DNA of 62,904 bases, counting the filler, from Chrysochromulina tobinii (taxonomy: Eukaryota), in the NCBI GenBank assembly GCA_001275005.1. It is 10 parts of 10 records of this genome, joined end to end, with 100 filler letters (N's around TTAATTAATTAA, not from the genome) between each part and the next. Parts side by side here need not be neighbours in the genome. Positions count along the whole stretch, not along the records: positions 49,849 to 59,508 come from JWZX01000403.1; positions 59,609 to 61,592 come from JWZX01000408.1; positions 61,693 to 62,904 come from JWZX01000416.1; 7 more parts are not named here. One strand, 5' to 3'. Shown piece by piece: positions 51,741 through 62,904 of the stretch. A model generated the notes under the pieces. It was not told the DNA's origin. It worked only from the letters and a program-made list of their open reading frames with translations, and did no database searches. How positions within the stretch are numbered: the stretch's first letter is position 1; the number at the start of each line of letters is the position of its first letter. The position numbers and the translations under genes are program-made.

Positions 51741-53649
51741 AGGATACGTCGCAAAACAATGTTTAGAGTGCTACTAGCTTACTGACCGGTAAAAAGTGTG
51801 GAATCCGTGCACCTTTTGTCGCTCTGTCATTGAGATTCGTCGGTACCCCCCATAGGTCTTTCTGGATGGTTTGTTCGTGCGGTCACGATAGAATCGGGGT
51901 CACTCTTGAACGTAGTCGCGTTCGGGCGGTTCGGTCTTCGAACTTGACCGAAACAGCGAAAATGGGCGGTGTTTTTCTAACGGTTGGAGAAATAAAAGAA
52001 AAAAAGGAGAAGGGAAAGGAAGGAGAAGGAGAGAAGAGGGAGTCTTTAGAAGAAATGGCACTAATATAGCTCACAGGTACGACGCTCCGCGGGCTCATTC
52101 CTCGCGGGCGTGACAGTCATGGCGGCGGCCGGGCTGCGAGGAGGGCGGCGGGCGGCGAAGGCGGCGGCGGCGTCCGGCGAGGACGGCGGCGGCGAGGGCG
52201 GCGGCGGCGAGGGCGGCGGCGGCGAGGTCGGCGTCGAGGGCTTCGGCGGCCAATTAGAGGCCATTCAGAAGCCATCGGGTGCAATCGGATGCAATCAGCT
52301 GCAATCAGATGGCCAATAAGACGCAGTCAGATGCAATCATATGGCAGCGAGGGCGGCGGGGGGCGGCGGCGGTGAGTTCGACCTTCCAAAGCATACTGGC
52401 ATTGAGTGGACCGATTCCCTTTGGCTTCTGCAGGTGCGCGAGCAGGGCGTCCCCCGTTGACAAAGGGTTGGACAGGATGTAGTCGATGCCCTCCAGCAAT
52501 AATTTTGGCGTCATGCTGGCAGCAGCTTGGTTACGCGTCCTCGTGAGAGGAGGCCTCTGCGGATCGGAGGCAGCACACGGTGTGTGGGGTCACTTTGGTA
52601 GATGAGATGTGGGGGCGGCGGGTTGGCTTGGACACATTTGAGGGGCGGGGATGCAGAGATTGGCGTACCTTCCCCTCTGTTTGATCCGGTTTGCGCCATT
52701 GCTCGAGGAGGCGGGCAAGTTCACCTTTGGGCGAACGGTCACAGAGGTGAATCTCGGTAAGCCAGCCGAGCTCGTGTAGCTCGAGCAAGGAGCCAACACG
52801 CCAGAACGGCAACATGAGTCCAATTGCGATGGCATTTTTCTCAACCATTTCAGCTTGCAGCCCAGTTGCACTCCACGCCTCGCGCAACTGCCCCATCAAC
52901 TTGGACGAGAACTCGACGGCGAGCGAATCCAGATCAGGGAAGAGGTTTGGCAAATTTCGCTCGCCGAGTGGGCTAGGCATGGCTACTTGATGCGCCCGCA
53001 TCAAGTAGCCAGCTAACCTCAGTAGGGAGCATCGCCCAAGAAGATGTGCTCCGAGTTGGACTTGAGCGTGTAGTTTGTCGTCGGAAAGGATCGGCAGCGC
53101 TTTGCGCGATGCGCGCAACTCTTGAACCCGGATGCTCCTCGTGTTGTTGACGGACGCCATTTATCTGTGGCAACAGAGGATTGACGGCGGCGTGAGTGCT
53201 CAAACATTGCTCAGATGCAGCACGAGCAACGCAACAACCAACATCTGGGCGTGGGACAGCGATGGTGGCAGAAGGAGGCGGCAAAGGTGCAGGCGGTTCG
53301 CCCAAACGCGGCTCGTGGTGCGCCCTGGGCGGGGCCTGAGGTTGCCTTTGAGCGCGTACGTGCAGCTGCACAAGGTGTTGCTCGCAGGCTGGACGAGGCG
53401 TACCGCGTCGCAAACTTCGGGCAGGCCCTCGGGAGCAGTCGCGCGCCAAACTTGAAGGCGGGCCTCGCGAAAAGAGGACGGCGGGCACGTAGTGCCCTCG
53501 CACAACGCGAAAACAAGTTTACCGGTACGAAACCGAATTCTAACTACTAATACTAACAACACAGGGGGCCCCAATTGAATGGCCCAAAACCCAAAGTCTT
53601 TGAATGAAACAGTGGTAAACCTCATTGATTCACAGTTTGAATTCAAAAC

Positions 53650-53890
53650 TCCGCCGGCGCTATGCGCCGGCAACGTTTGAATACGAAGTGTCGCCGGCGC
53701 TACACGCTCCTCGTTTGAATACAAATTTTCGCCGGCGCTACGCGCCGGCCTAAATTTTCGCCGGCGCTGTGCGCCGGCAACGTTTGAATACGAAGTGTCG
53801 CCGGCGCTACACGCTCCTCGTTTGGATACAAATTTTCGCCGGCGCTACGCGCCGGCCTAAATTTTCGCCGGCGCTGTGCGCCGGCCTTTA
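53650..53890. repeat. ~107-nt tandem repeat (~2.2 copies) rich in the CGCCGGCG palindrome
   Basis: Directly visible; lies in an AT-rich intergenic region. Confidence 0.85.
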
Positions 53891-54509
53891 ATACCCGTAT
53901 AGGACGGAGAGTCTTTGAATAGGAGGCGTAGAGTCTTTGAATAGGAGGTGTAGCCAAGAATCTTTGAATACATCTAGGGCTGAAAAATTAATTAATTATG
54001 TCTTAGACACTTTCTATGCTTGATTCACACACTGTTCCGAGGGCCTACAATCGGAGGTTGATTCCAGGTTGATTCACAATTCAAGTGGTTTGGACCGTTT
54101 CGTGCAGGGAGGGGCTTTCTGGTAGTTCTCGCTGTGTCCTACTGTGTGAAATGCCCGGGCCTGGCCTGACCTCAGCAAGAAGAGCAAAAAGGATAACGGC
54201 CCCTGGTCCACTCCACGCGGCCCTTACGAACAGTACATAGTTACTACGCGATGACGGGCGCGGAGCCGTGCGGCCCCGCGTGCCGGCGTGCCGCGCGCCA
54301 AATTGTCGGAGAGTCGGACATGCCGCGGCGCGGGGTAACATCGTTGATTCGTAGTCATCATGTCTTCATGTGGCGATGCGATGTGCGATGTGGCCAGTCC
54401 TTGCTCACACCTGATGCCTTCTCCCTGTCGGTGCTGAGGGGTTTAATTGACAAGCAAGAGGACACGCCCGCAACGGCGCGTGCCTTTGTAAAAAAATTGC
54501 AATTGCCAA

Positions 54510-54974
54510 ATGACGATGAGCCCGATGGAGGACGCCGCCACCGCCGCGATCAGCCCGAAAATTTCGCGGATGACCGAGGCGGCGCACGCGTTGCTGCTTC
54601 AGGCTCGGGCCCTACTTGCGTCAGCGGGCGAGGCGGAAGCGTCCTCGCACCTCCTGGATGCGTGCATTGCCTCGCTCGATCTCGAGCTCAGGCCACCGCC
54701 TAGGCCACCAGTGGCGGCACTCTCCGCGATGCCGCACCCATCGCCGCAGCGCTCCCAGGAGACGCAAACGCAGAGCAGCCTCTGGTCGCAGCAGAATGCG
54801 GGCACACAGGCAGACGGCCCAAAATCTACTGACGCCTCCTCGCAGGTGGTGCCCTCCTCGGCATCGCAGGCGTCGCAGGCCGTCGTGATGCATACCGTCG
54901 CCACGACGCAATCGGGTGCGCCCTTCGATAGCTGCGAGCTCCAGTTGAGCGAGCCCGAAAGCGACAACGACTGA
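54510..54974 (+). CDS. Hypothetical protein
   Basis: 154-aa ATG ORF, S/Q-rich; no recognised motif. Confidence 0.35.
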   Translation: MTMSPMEDAATAAISPKISRMTEAAHALLLQARALLASAGEAEASSHLLDACIASLDLELRPPPRPPVAALSAMPHPSPQRSQETQTQSSLWSQQNAGTQADGPKSTDASSQVVPSSASQASQAVVMHTVATTQSGAPFDSCELQLSEPESDND

Positions 54975-55320
54975 CGACCGCCGCAGCAGCTGCAGCAGCC
55001 GCCGGTACTGTGGCATCAACGATGCGCTCGCCGCCGGCGAGGAGCCGGCGCAGCGTGCCCTTCCCATACAACCATTCGATGGCCCATGAAGGGTGATCAT
55101 GTGCCCGCACTCTGCTGAGTGTGGTGCTGGGGTGCTGACCTCTCGAGCACTCGAAACTCGATCGTCTTCTCTGCCGCGTCGCCGTCGATTGCGAGCCGCG
55201 ACGATGTGTGTTTGGTCGTGTTTTCAGACGAGACGTGTGTTCGGTTGAGCTTGAGAGCGGTCCTGCCACACGGCGCTGCTCACGACAAAGCGCCGTGCCA
55301 AGCGCGGCGACGGTCCCGCG

Positions 55321-57991
55321 ATGCTTTTGCGACTGCGGACACCATCAGCGCTATGGCGCGCCGCGCCGCACGCAACGCCAACCCGATGCGCCATACGAAC
55401 GCTGTCGACACGTGGTCAGCGGCACGGCGCCGACCGTCAACATCAAAAGAAGAAGAAGCCACAGCTCACGTTCAAGGATGTGGTTCTGCGCGTGCCAGAG
55501 CTGTGCACGGCGGAGCGCTTCGCGCAGGAGCTCCGCATGTCGACTCCCAAGCTGCAGGAGCTCGCCGAGGAGCTCGGCGAGCACATCGATGCGCCAAGCC
55601 GGCCGCTGACGGCGGAGGTGATGGAGCTGCTCGCGATGGAGGTGGGTGCGACGCTGCAGATCACGCCCGTCGACGTGAGCCGCCGGCCGTCGCCCAGCGA
55701 AAAGGAGCGCGCCTCGCTGCCAGTGCGCCCGCCGGTGGTCACGCTCATGGGCCACGTCGATCACGGTAAGACGTCTCTTCTCGACGCCTTCCGCAACAGC
55801 GACATCGCGAGCGGCGAGGCAGGCGGTATCACGCAGGGCATCTCGGCGTTCATCGTGGACGAGGGCACGGAGCAGGTGCGCGATGGCCTCAGATGGCCTC
55901 TGATCGCCTCTGATCGCCTCTGATCGCCTCTGATCGCCTCAGTCAGCCCTTGATTCCCTCTGACCGCCACGCGTGGATGGCGGTACCGAGCAGGCGATGA
56001 CGTTCATCGATACGCCCGGACACGAACTCTTCGCGGCAATGCGCCAGCGCGGCGCGCGCGCGACCGACATCATCATCCTGGTTGTCGCCGTGGACGCGGG
56101 CGTGCAGCCGACCACCGAGCAGGCCATCGAGTTCGCGCGCCAGATGGGCACACCACTCGTCGTCGCGATCAATAAGATGGACCGTCCCGATGCACAGAAG
56201 CTACTTCCAAAGATCACGCAGCAGCTTCTCGCGCGTGGCGTGGTGCCAGAAGACATGGGCGGCGAGGTGCCGCTCGTCGGTGTGTCGGCCACCAAACGGC
56301 TCCATTTGGATAGGCTGCGCGAGGCGGTGCTGCTGCAGGCCGAGCTGCTCGAGCTACGGGCCGAATCCCAGGGGCCCGCCGAGGGCGTGGTGCTCGAGGC
56401 CACGGTACAGAAAGGACTTGGCGTCGTCGCCAATGTGCTTGTGCAGCGTGGGGCTCTGAAGCCGTCAGATTTGGTGGTCGTCGGGACCACCTGGGGCAAG
56501 ATCAAGACGCTCACGCCCACAGACGTGCGTGCTACTTTTGCGTTGCCACTGAGTGCCGCTGAGTGCCACGGAGTGCTACTGAGGGCCACTGAGTGCCGCT
56601 GAGTGCCACGGAGTGCCACTGAGGGCCACTGAGTGCCGCTGAGTGCCACGGAGTGCCACTGAGGGCCACTGAGTGCCGCTGAGTGCCACGGATTGCCACT
56701 GAGGGCCACGGATTGCTTCCCTCATCAGGGCACACGCCGTCTGGACGAGGCGGGCCCTTCGACTCCGGTGCGCATCTCGGGTCTGCGCGAGCTGCCGCGC
56801 ACAGGCGACGAGCTCCTCGTGGTCGGCACGGAGGCGAAGGCGAAGCAGGTGAGCGAGTACCGACTCGCACGCCAAAGTCTCGAGAAGCAAGCGGAGCAAG
56901 ATGAGGCAGCACGGGTGCTTGCCGAGACGGCGGCGGCCAAGCTGGCAGCGGCCAAGGCGGCGGCTGCCATGGCTGCCCAGGCTGGAAACGCCGATGCCGC
57001 CGCGGCAGAGGCGGCCGCGGCCGAGGCAGCCGAGGCGGCCGCGGCTGAGGCGGCGGCAGCGGCGGCTCCGAAGCTTGTACCGGCCGTGCTGAAGGCGGAG
57101 AGTGCGGGTGCTCTCGAGGCCGTGCATGCATCGCTCAGCCAATTCCCACAGGACCGGGTAAAGCTCAAGGTGATCCGCGCCGACGTGGGCGCGGTCACCG
57201 AGGCCGATGTGCAGCTGGCCGAGGCGACGAGCTCCGCGATCATTGGTTTCAATGTGGGCATTCCCAGCAAGGTGAAACCAATGCATGCACGCTCACCTTG
57301 AAACCAATGCATGCCCAGCAGGGTGAGCGTGCATGACTGCGATGAATTGCCATTCATTGTCCACGACTGCCACTGAGGGCTCTGAGGGCCTCTGGCGACC
57401 ATCCATTTGACGACCATCCCTAATGGACTTCTACTGATGAGCCGTGATTGCATAAGCATGCCCTCTACTTGCCTCCCTCATCAGGTGAGCAGCTTGGCTG
57501 AGGAGCTCGGGGTGCCCGTGCTTCGTCACGCCATCATCTACGAGTTGAGTGACCGCGTCAAGGAGCTGCTTGAGAACGCCATCGAGCCGGTCCTCGAGGA
57601 GATCGTTCTCGGCGCCGCCCAGGTGCAGCAGCTCTTCACACTCACACTCAACCGCAAGGACCGGCGCTCAGGCATGCTCAAGCAGACCCAGGTCGCCGGG
57701 TTGCTCGTGAGTGAGGGAGAGGCGAGCGCGGTGGCCCGCGTGCGAGTCGAGCGCGGCGCGGGCAACGTGCTGCACGAGGGGCGCGTCGTCTCACTCAAGC
57801 ACTTCAAGAACGAGGTCAAGACGGTCCGACGCGGCCTGGAGTGCGGCATTGTGCTCGCCAACTACAGTGGGTGCGAGCCGGGTGACATCCTCACGTTCTA
57901 CGACATCGTGCCGAGGAAGCCGAGCCTCTATGAGGCCGCGGCGGGCAGCACCAGCAGTGGCAGTGGTGGAAAGCCCAAGGAGGATGGCTAG
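55321..57991 (+). CDS. MTIF2: Mitochondrial translation initiation factor IF2; introns 55876..55993, 56525..56728, 57272..57484
   Basis: '[27 protein letters not shown]', '[22 protein letters not shown]', 'AINKMD', '[16 protein letters not shown]'. GT-AG splicing gives a continuous frame; Arg-rich presequence. Confidence 0.93.
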
Positions 57992-58266
57992 AGAACAAGG
58001 TGCCGCCGCACACCACAGGCGCGAGGCTGGCCCAGCTCACGGTACGCCTTCGCGTCGGCCCGGCCCCAAATCTCGCTTAAATCAGCTGTCGATAGAGTAA
58101 AAGTAGCGTTTTTGTCTTTTGCCCCGTACGTGGCTACGACCTACGGCTACGTCGCCCGTCCCCGAGCCCGTCCACCGTACGCAAAAAACTTTTTCGTTTG
58201 ACGCACTTTCTTCACACAGTATCCGGATAGTTCTTCACAGGGCCAGGCCAAATACTCGCGGGTGCA

Positions 58267-59508
58267 ATGACACTTCCTCCCTGCAGCAGCGGCGGCTGCG
58301 GCCGCGGCACGTGCGACGAGCATCGTGGTGTGTGCGAGTGTCCCATGGGTTTTGAGGGTCCGCGCTGCGAGATCTGGCTGCTCCCAGGCTGCCGGCTGGG
58401 CGACCATCCGATACCGATCCGATCGTGGGTTCTGCATGCCTTCCATGACAACAAACGCCGCCGTGCTTGGACCGGACCGGGAAAGTATCACCCCATCGGA
58501 CCGGTGCCATGCAGCTGCTTGCTCCAGCTCGTGTCGACTCCCTATCTGCTCGAGCGGACGCGGCTACAGTTCATGCGCTCCTTCAACGTGCAATGCGTCG
58601 ATCTGCCTACGGGCCTGACTCTCGCGCAGTTTGTCGAGGAGCCGAACGTAGCCCAAGGCGCAAGCCCGTGGCGAGTCTTCTCGTTCGGGGCGGTACACGA
58701 CGCGCTGCGCCTCGGCGCGATGCCCTCACTCACTGGGCAGCCTCTAGAGGCCGGCCCACTCCCGCGTCTTGTGCAACGTCTCCAGCAGCTCCAGAAACAA
58801 GGGCTCCAACCGAGCCGCCGCCGGTTTGCGGGCTACCATGTCGAGACGCTACGTCCCACGCTCCCGCCGTGCCTACTTCCGCTCGATGCCGTACCAGCCA
58901 GGCACAAGCCACACCTTCCGCCCCTCGTACCATTGGCGCAGTGCGGCGCGGCGAGGTGCGGTGGCGTGGGGTGGTGCGAGGATGTTTTGGGCGCGCCCAC
59001 ATGCGGCTGCTTCTTGCCCGGCGGGCTTGAGGACAGGGTGGGCGGGCCTGCGTGCGGCGCGCTCGATCTGTGGCGCGCGGACAAGCAGGACAAGCAAGCC
59101 CCGGTGCACTGGGGCCCTCCATGTCTGCTCAACTGCTCTGGCCGAGGCCGGTGCGACTGGCAAGGCTTCTGCCGGTGCGACGAGGGGTTTTGGGGCATTG
59201 ACTGCGCGCTCGGCCGGGGGCGGCACGGGCCACGGCTGCGTCTCGAGACATTCGAGGACATCATTGGGGGCGCAAGGGCGCGAGGGCGCGGACGCCCCCA
59301 TACCCGTGCGGCTGTGGGGACTCCAAGGCACGCCCGTCACGACGCCACCCCACGGCCGCTCACACCGATCGAGTCCATCCTTGCCAACGCGCGCGCGCAG
59401 AGCCGTCCACGCGAAGGCTGGCTTGGGCGCATGCGTGGAGGCGGCCGCGGCGGCCGCGGCGGCGGCGGCGGCGTCGGCGGCGTCGGCGGCGGCGTCGGCG
59501 GCGGCGTC
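58267..59508 (+). CDS. EGF-like domain protein, likely the N-terminus of an exostosin-family GT (3' truncated)
   Basis: 'CGRGTCDEHRGVCECPMGFEGPRC' and 'CLLNCSGRGRCDWQGFCRCDEGFWGIDC' EGF-like modules. Confidence 0.65.
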
Positions 59509-59608
59509 NNNNNNNNNNNNNNNNNNNNNNNNNNNNNNNNNNNNNNNNNNNNTTAATTAATTAANNNNNNNNNNNNNNNNNNNNNNNNNNNNNNNNNNNN
59601 NNNNNNNN

Positions 59609-61592
59609 TCGCGTGAGAGTGGTCCAGCGCGGCAGTGTGGCGGGTTGCCGTGTTGGCGGCAGCGATGGCGGCGGCGCGGTGCGCGGCGATGGCACGGTCG
59701 ACGTCGGCGCGCGCGTCGATGGAGGGGAGGTCCGCGAGCTCGAGCGTCTCAGCAAGCACCACAGCGTCATCGACGAGCACGCTGGCAGCGGTGGCCGCGT
59801 CGTCGTCTTGAAGGGAGGTTTGAAGGAGCTCAAAGGAGACGCGGTAGGCGGTGCTGCTCGCGCGTTCCGCCTCGTCCCGGATGCGGTGGGTATGGGTGCG
59901 TAGGCTCGAGATGTGAGCCGGGCCGTTTGCCCGCAGCCCTTCCCTCCTCCTGACGGCGAGGGCGGCTTCGACACCGTCAATCGGGCGCCGAGACCTTCGT
60001 ATATGTACGCCCGGCAGCGGCGACCCTGGTACGGCGCAGCAGCGGCACGGAAGGCCCGCGGGCTTGGGGCAAGTCCACGTGGAGTACCGTAGCCAGTCAA
60101 GGGCGCGATGAAGAAGAGTCCGGCGTCGGCTAATGCATACGGCAGCGCGAAGCGTGGACGCAGATGCCTTGATCGCGGCGGCTACCATGGAGAGGGAGGC
60201 GATAAGGAGTGGCCGGGCGAGGGCAGAGGTGGGCCGGAACCAGTTCGTAGGTTCGCGTACAATGCCGAGTACGTGTGCGAGGGCGGCGGTCGCAGCCTCC
60301 GGAGTGGAGAAACTCGTGAGCGTGGCGCCGGTGAATGTACTGTAGGCGGCTGGGCGCCGTCCATGCTCGAGGGCGCGGCGTACAATCGTAGAAACAGCAT
60401 GATCCCGGGACACCGGCTCGCAGCGGTCGAGGGCCTTGCCGAGGGCGATGCAGGCTGGGGCGAGAAGCGAGCGCCGCCGAGAGACGACGCCGCCGAGTTC
60501 ACACTCCCACATCACGTGCGCGGCTGTCTGACGCCCCTTGCCGCAGGGGCACCCCATCTCGGCGAGCACGGCACCGAGGGAGAACGGGCCAGTGGAGCCG
60601 AACGAGCGGCTGCCCAGGAGCTGCCCTCTGTCGTCGCGGAGGGCCATCACGGTGCAGCGCAGCTGGTCGTTGAGCTTGGCCTGCCGAAGGAACTCGAAGT
60701 TGCCTTGGCTCGCAAACTGCGCCTTAGGGGCGGTGTACAGCGTGCGCACCACATGCAGATTGTGTGCCTGGAGCATGAGCTCGCGTTCAGAGCCCTTGGC
60801 GTAGTGACGGATAGAGCGGTGGCGGCAATGGGCGGGCGGGAGCGGCGCCGGATCGCCCCTTAGGTACTCTTTGGCGAGGGCGTCCACAGCTGCCTCAGGC
60901 AGGTGCCCACAGTGTGAGTGCGACCACCAGTAAGTGATCGCGTCAAGCCGTTGCTCGTGCGCCATCGCCCAGCCCTGCCAGTCGTCGCACAGCGCTCGAG
61001 AGCGCACCGAGAGGGTGGATCGACGGAAGTGCTCGCCCGCGAGGATGGGGGAGGTGGAGTCAAAGATGTAGAGCACGCGCTTGCCCGCGAGCACTGCCAG
61101 TGCGTCCACTCGGTGTGCGAGTTCGGCGTCGTAGTTGTCGCGAGTCCCGCCAATCAGGTCGTCGGTGGCAAGTGCGCCGCCGAGGCGCGTGCCATCGTGT
61201 AGCAGCGCCGCCCTCGAGACCCGGCGCTTGCGGGGATCCCACGAGCCGTCACCGGCGACCGCCGCGGTGTACACGAAGCCCTGCCGCTGCTCATCATCGA
61301 GTAGCTCGTCGAGGGTCGTGTTGGCTAGATGGACGCAGAAACCAGGCCCGCCCTGCCACGACAGCTCCTCCGCCGTGGGCTCCGCCGGCGGCAGAGGCCC
61401 GAGCCCAGCTAGATTGCGCTTCTCGTTCGTATTCTCAAGTCGCTTCGCCCGAGAGAGCTGCTCGCGGTCGAAGGCCTCGATGGCAATCGGGAGCGACGCC
61501 GCGTACAGCTGCACAATGACCGAAGCCTGAGCAACGTTGGACCCAGCTTGGCAGCAGAGCGAGCGGCCGTCGAGGCTAATACGCCAGCGCTG
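59609..61592 (-). mobile_element. Non-LTR (LINE-like) retrotransposon C-terminal fragment: RNase H-like domain and CCHC zinc finger
   Basis: 'AVAGDGS', 'DNYDAEL', 'YIFDS', 'WSHSHCGHLPEAAVDALAK' follow the RNase H D/E/D/H-D order; 'CPCG...QTAAHVMWEC' is the LINE C-terminal CCHC motif. Confidence 0.7.
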
Positions 61593-61703
61593 NNNNNNNN
61601 NNNNNNNNNNNNNNNNNNNNNNNNNNNNNNNNNNNNTTAATTAATTAANNNNNNNNNNNNNNNNNNNNNNNNNNNNNNNNNNNNNNNNNNNNTTCGCAGC
61701 GCA

Positions 61704-62904
61704 ATGACGCGCATGATGTCGGTCTCTCTCTCGAGAGTTAAGTGTTGCAGGGGCCCAATGGTTCGCACCCTCGTCCTTCTCTTCTTCATGGGCCAGCCTA
61801 GTCCGGCCATGGCGCTCCCCGGGGTCGCGAGAACGCCTTCGCGCGCGGTTACCGGGCTCCAGCGTGCGCATGCCAAATTTTTTGTGACTTCCGAGACTCG
61901 CCCACCTTTCATGGGGCTCTCGACGTTCGAGGCGGGCATCCCAGTGGCCATCTACCCGTCCTCGAATACGTGCGATGGACTCACCCCGCACGCTCTACTG
62001 ACCCGCGCGGCGTTTTTGGCCGTGTTGCCCGGCCTCCTGACGGTGGGATGGAAGGGGGCGGACCACTCGATCTTCTCGACCCTCGACATCCCCCAGTACC
62101 TCGAAGGGGCTCCGGAGTACAACTTGCTGAACATCTCTAACCTCTATCCGCGTCTGAACCTCTATTGCATTAACCAGTTGTCGGCATACGCATGCTTCGC
62201 GTTCTCGCATGGAGCAGCACCGAAAGCGGCAGAAAGGGAGTCTCCTCTCCTGCTGGGGGATTCCCTGTGCAAGGCTCCCTCGAAGATCTTTCCTTGGCGC
62301 ACTGCAGTGATGTCACTTCTCTTCCTCGCGCCGTGGTCGTCGACGGTACGCGTGGGCGCCTTCGTGTTCGCCAACCTTGGGTACGCAGAGGCCACCGTCT
62401 GCCCGCACTGCAAGGATACAATTCTGCCTGCGGCGCATCCGGCTACGGCCTGCCCACTCGTGACCGAGCTCAACAACAACGCTGCGATCTTCACCAACAA
62501 GAGACTGGGCTCCTCGCCGACGGTCGTCCATTCTTTGACGCACGAGTTGGCGATGCAGTTCACCCGGCCCGTCATTGATGCCATCGTCGGCCTCGCCTGC
62601 GCTCCGGTACACGGCCTATCCATCGACTTCACCGACGCGGCGTACACTCAGGCAAGCGCAGTGGTCAAGGCGGCTGTGTACGGACACTGCTCGTTCGCGG
62701 AAGCGTCAGCAATCCTTTCGGAGCGTCTCGATGCTGCTCCTGACATGCCCGCCATCGAGAAGATCCGCGGCGCGATGGATTCACTCAAGACGTCCAGTGA
62801 GGCGGCAGTGAACACAGCCACCGGCACACTCCTGTTCATCTGGGCAAGAATATCCAATGTGTTCACCAAGCGCCTGGATTTTACCTACAAGCTCGAAGCG
62901 GCCG
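61704..62904 (+). CDS. Open reading frame running off the window end, with a C-x2-C-x8-H-x4-C motif; possibly retroelement ORF1
   Basis: My translation finds no stop from 61704 to 62904 (absent from the ORF track because it has no stop); contains 'VCPHCKDTILPAAHPATACP'. Confidence 0.45.
   Translation, partial: MTRMMSVSLSRVKCCRGPMVRTLVLLFFMGQPSPAMALPGVARTPSRAVTGLQRAHAKFFVTSETRPPFMGLSTFEAGIPVAIYPSSNTCDGLTPHALLTRAAFLAVLPGLLTVGWKGADHSIFSTLDIPQYLEGAPEYNLLNISNLYPRLNLYCINQLSAYACFAFSHGAAPKAAERESPLLLGDSLCKAPSKIFPWRTAVMSLLFLAPWSSTVRVGAFVFANLGYAEATVCPHCKDTILPAAHPATACPLVTELNNNAAIFTNKRLGSSPTVVHSLTHELAMQFTRPVIDAIVGLACAPVHGLSIDFTDAAYTQASAVVKAAVYGHCSFAEASAILSERLDAAPDMPAIEKIRGAMDSLKTSSEAAVNTATGTLLFIWARISNVFTKRLDFTYKLEAA

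Noticed and set aside
52061..53724. Series of minus-strand ORF fragments
   Set aside because: No recognisable motif or consistent splice model; may be a decayed gene or element, not supportable as a call.
276..62869. Many long overlapping antisense and alternate-frame ORFs
   Set aside because: Expected shadow ORFs in high-GC coding DNA; Arg/Ala/Pro-rich with no motifs.

Overview
GC-rich (visually ~65%) eukaryotic nuclear DNA, most consistent with a haptophyte alga (Chrysochromulina/Prymnesiales-like; inference from gene content, secondary-plastid targeting peptides, CCCTAA-type repeats). The window is not contiguous: ten contigs are joined by nine artificial 100-nt spacers (N44-TTAATTAATTAA-N44). 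Recognisable genes: GNAT acetyltransferase, alpha/beta hydrolase, two exostosin/GT47-type genes, a PLOD-type glycosyltransferase, an EF-hand protein, mitochondrial uL23, uL14 and IF2, an XEG113-like GT77 arabinosyltransferase, a CCCH-KH-SEC-C-RING protein, a tandem pair of predicted thylakoid-lumen proteins, RNase II/RNB, a cellulose-synthase-like GT2, CDC14, a multi-PDZ protein and ACL4. Mobile DNA: a young, internally rearranged Ty1/copia element with near-identical LTRs and a target-site duplication, and a non-LTR retrotransposon fragment. The most striking signal is the intron architecture. Manual splicing of the XEG113-like gene (at least 11 introns in ~2.6 kb), IF2 and the GT47 gene shows GT-AG introns built from (i) 16-45 nt direct copies of the flanking exon that supply one splice site, (ii) 10-11 nt tandem repeats and (iii) two shared acceptor cassettes. 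Differences between the exon copies fall mostly at synonymous positions. This points to an active or recent intron-generating process.
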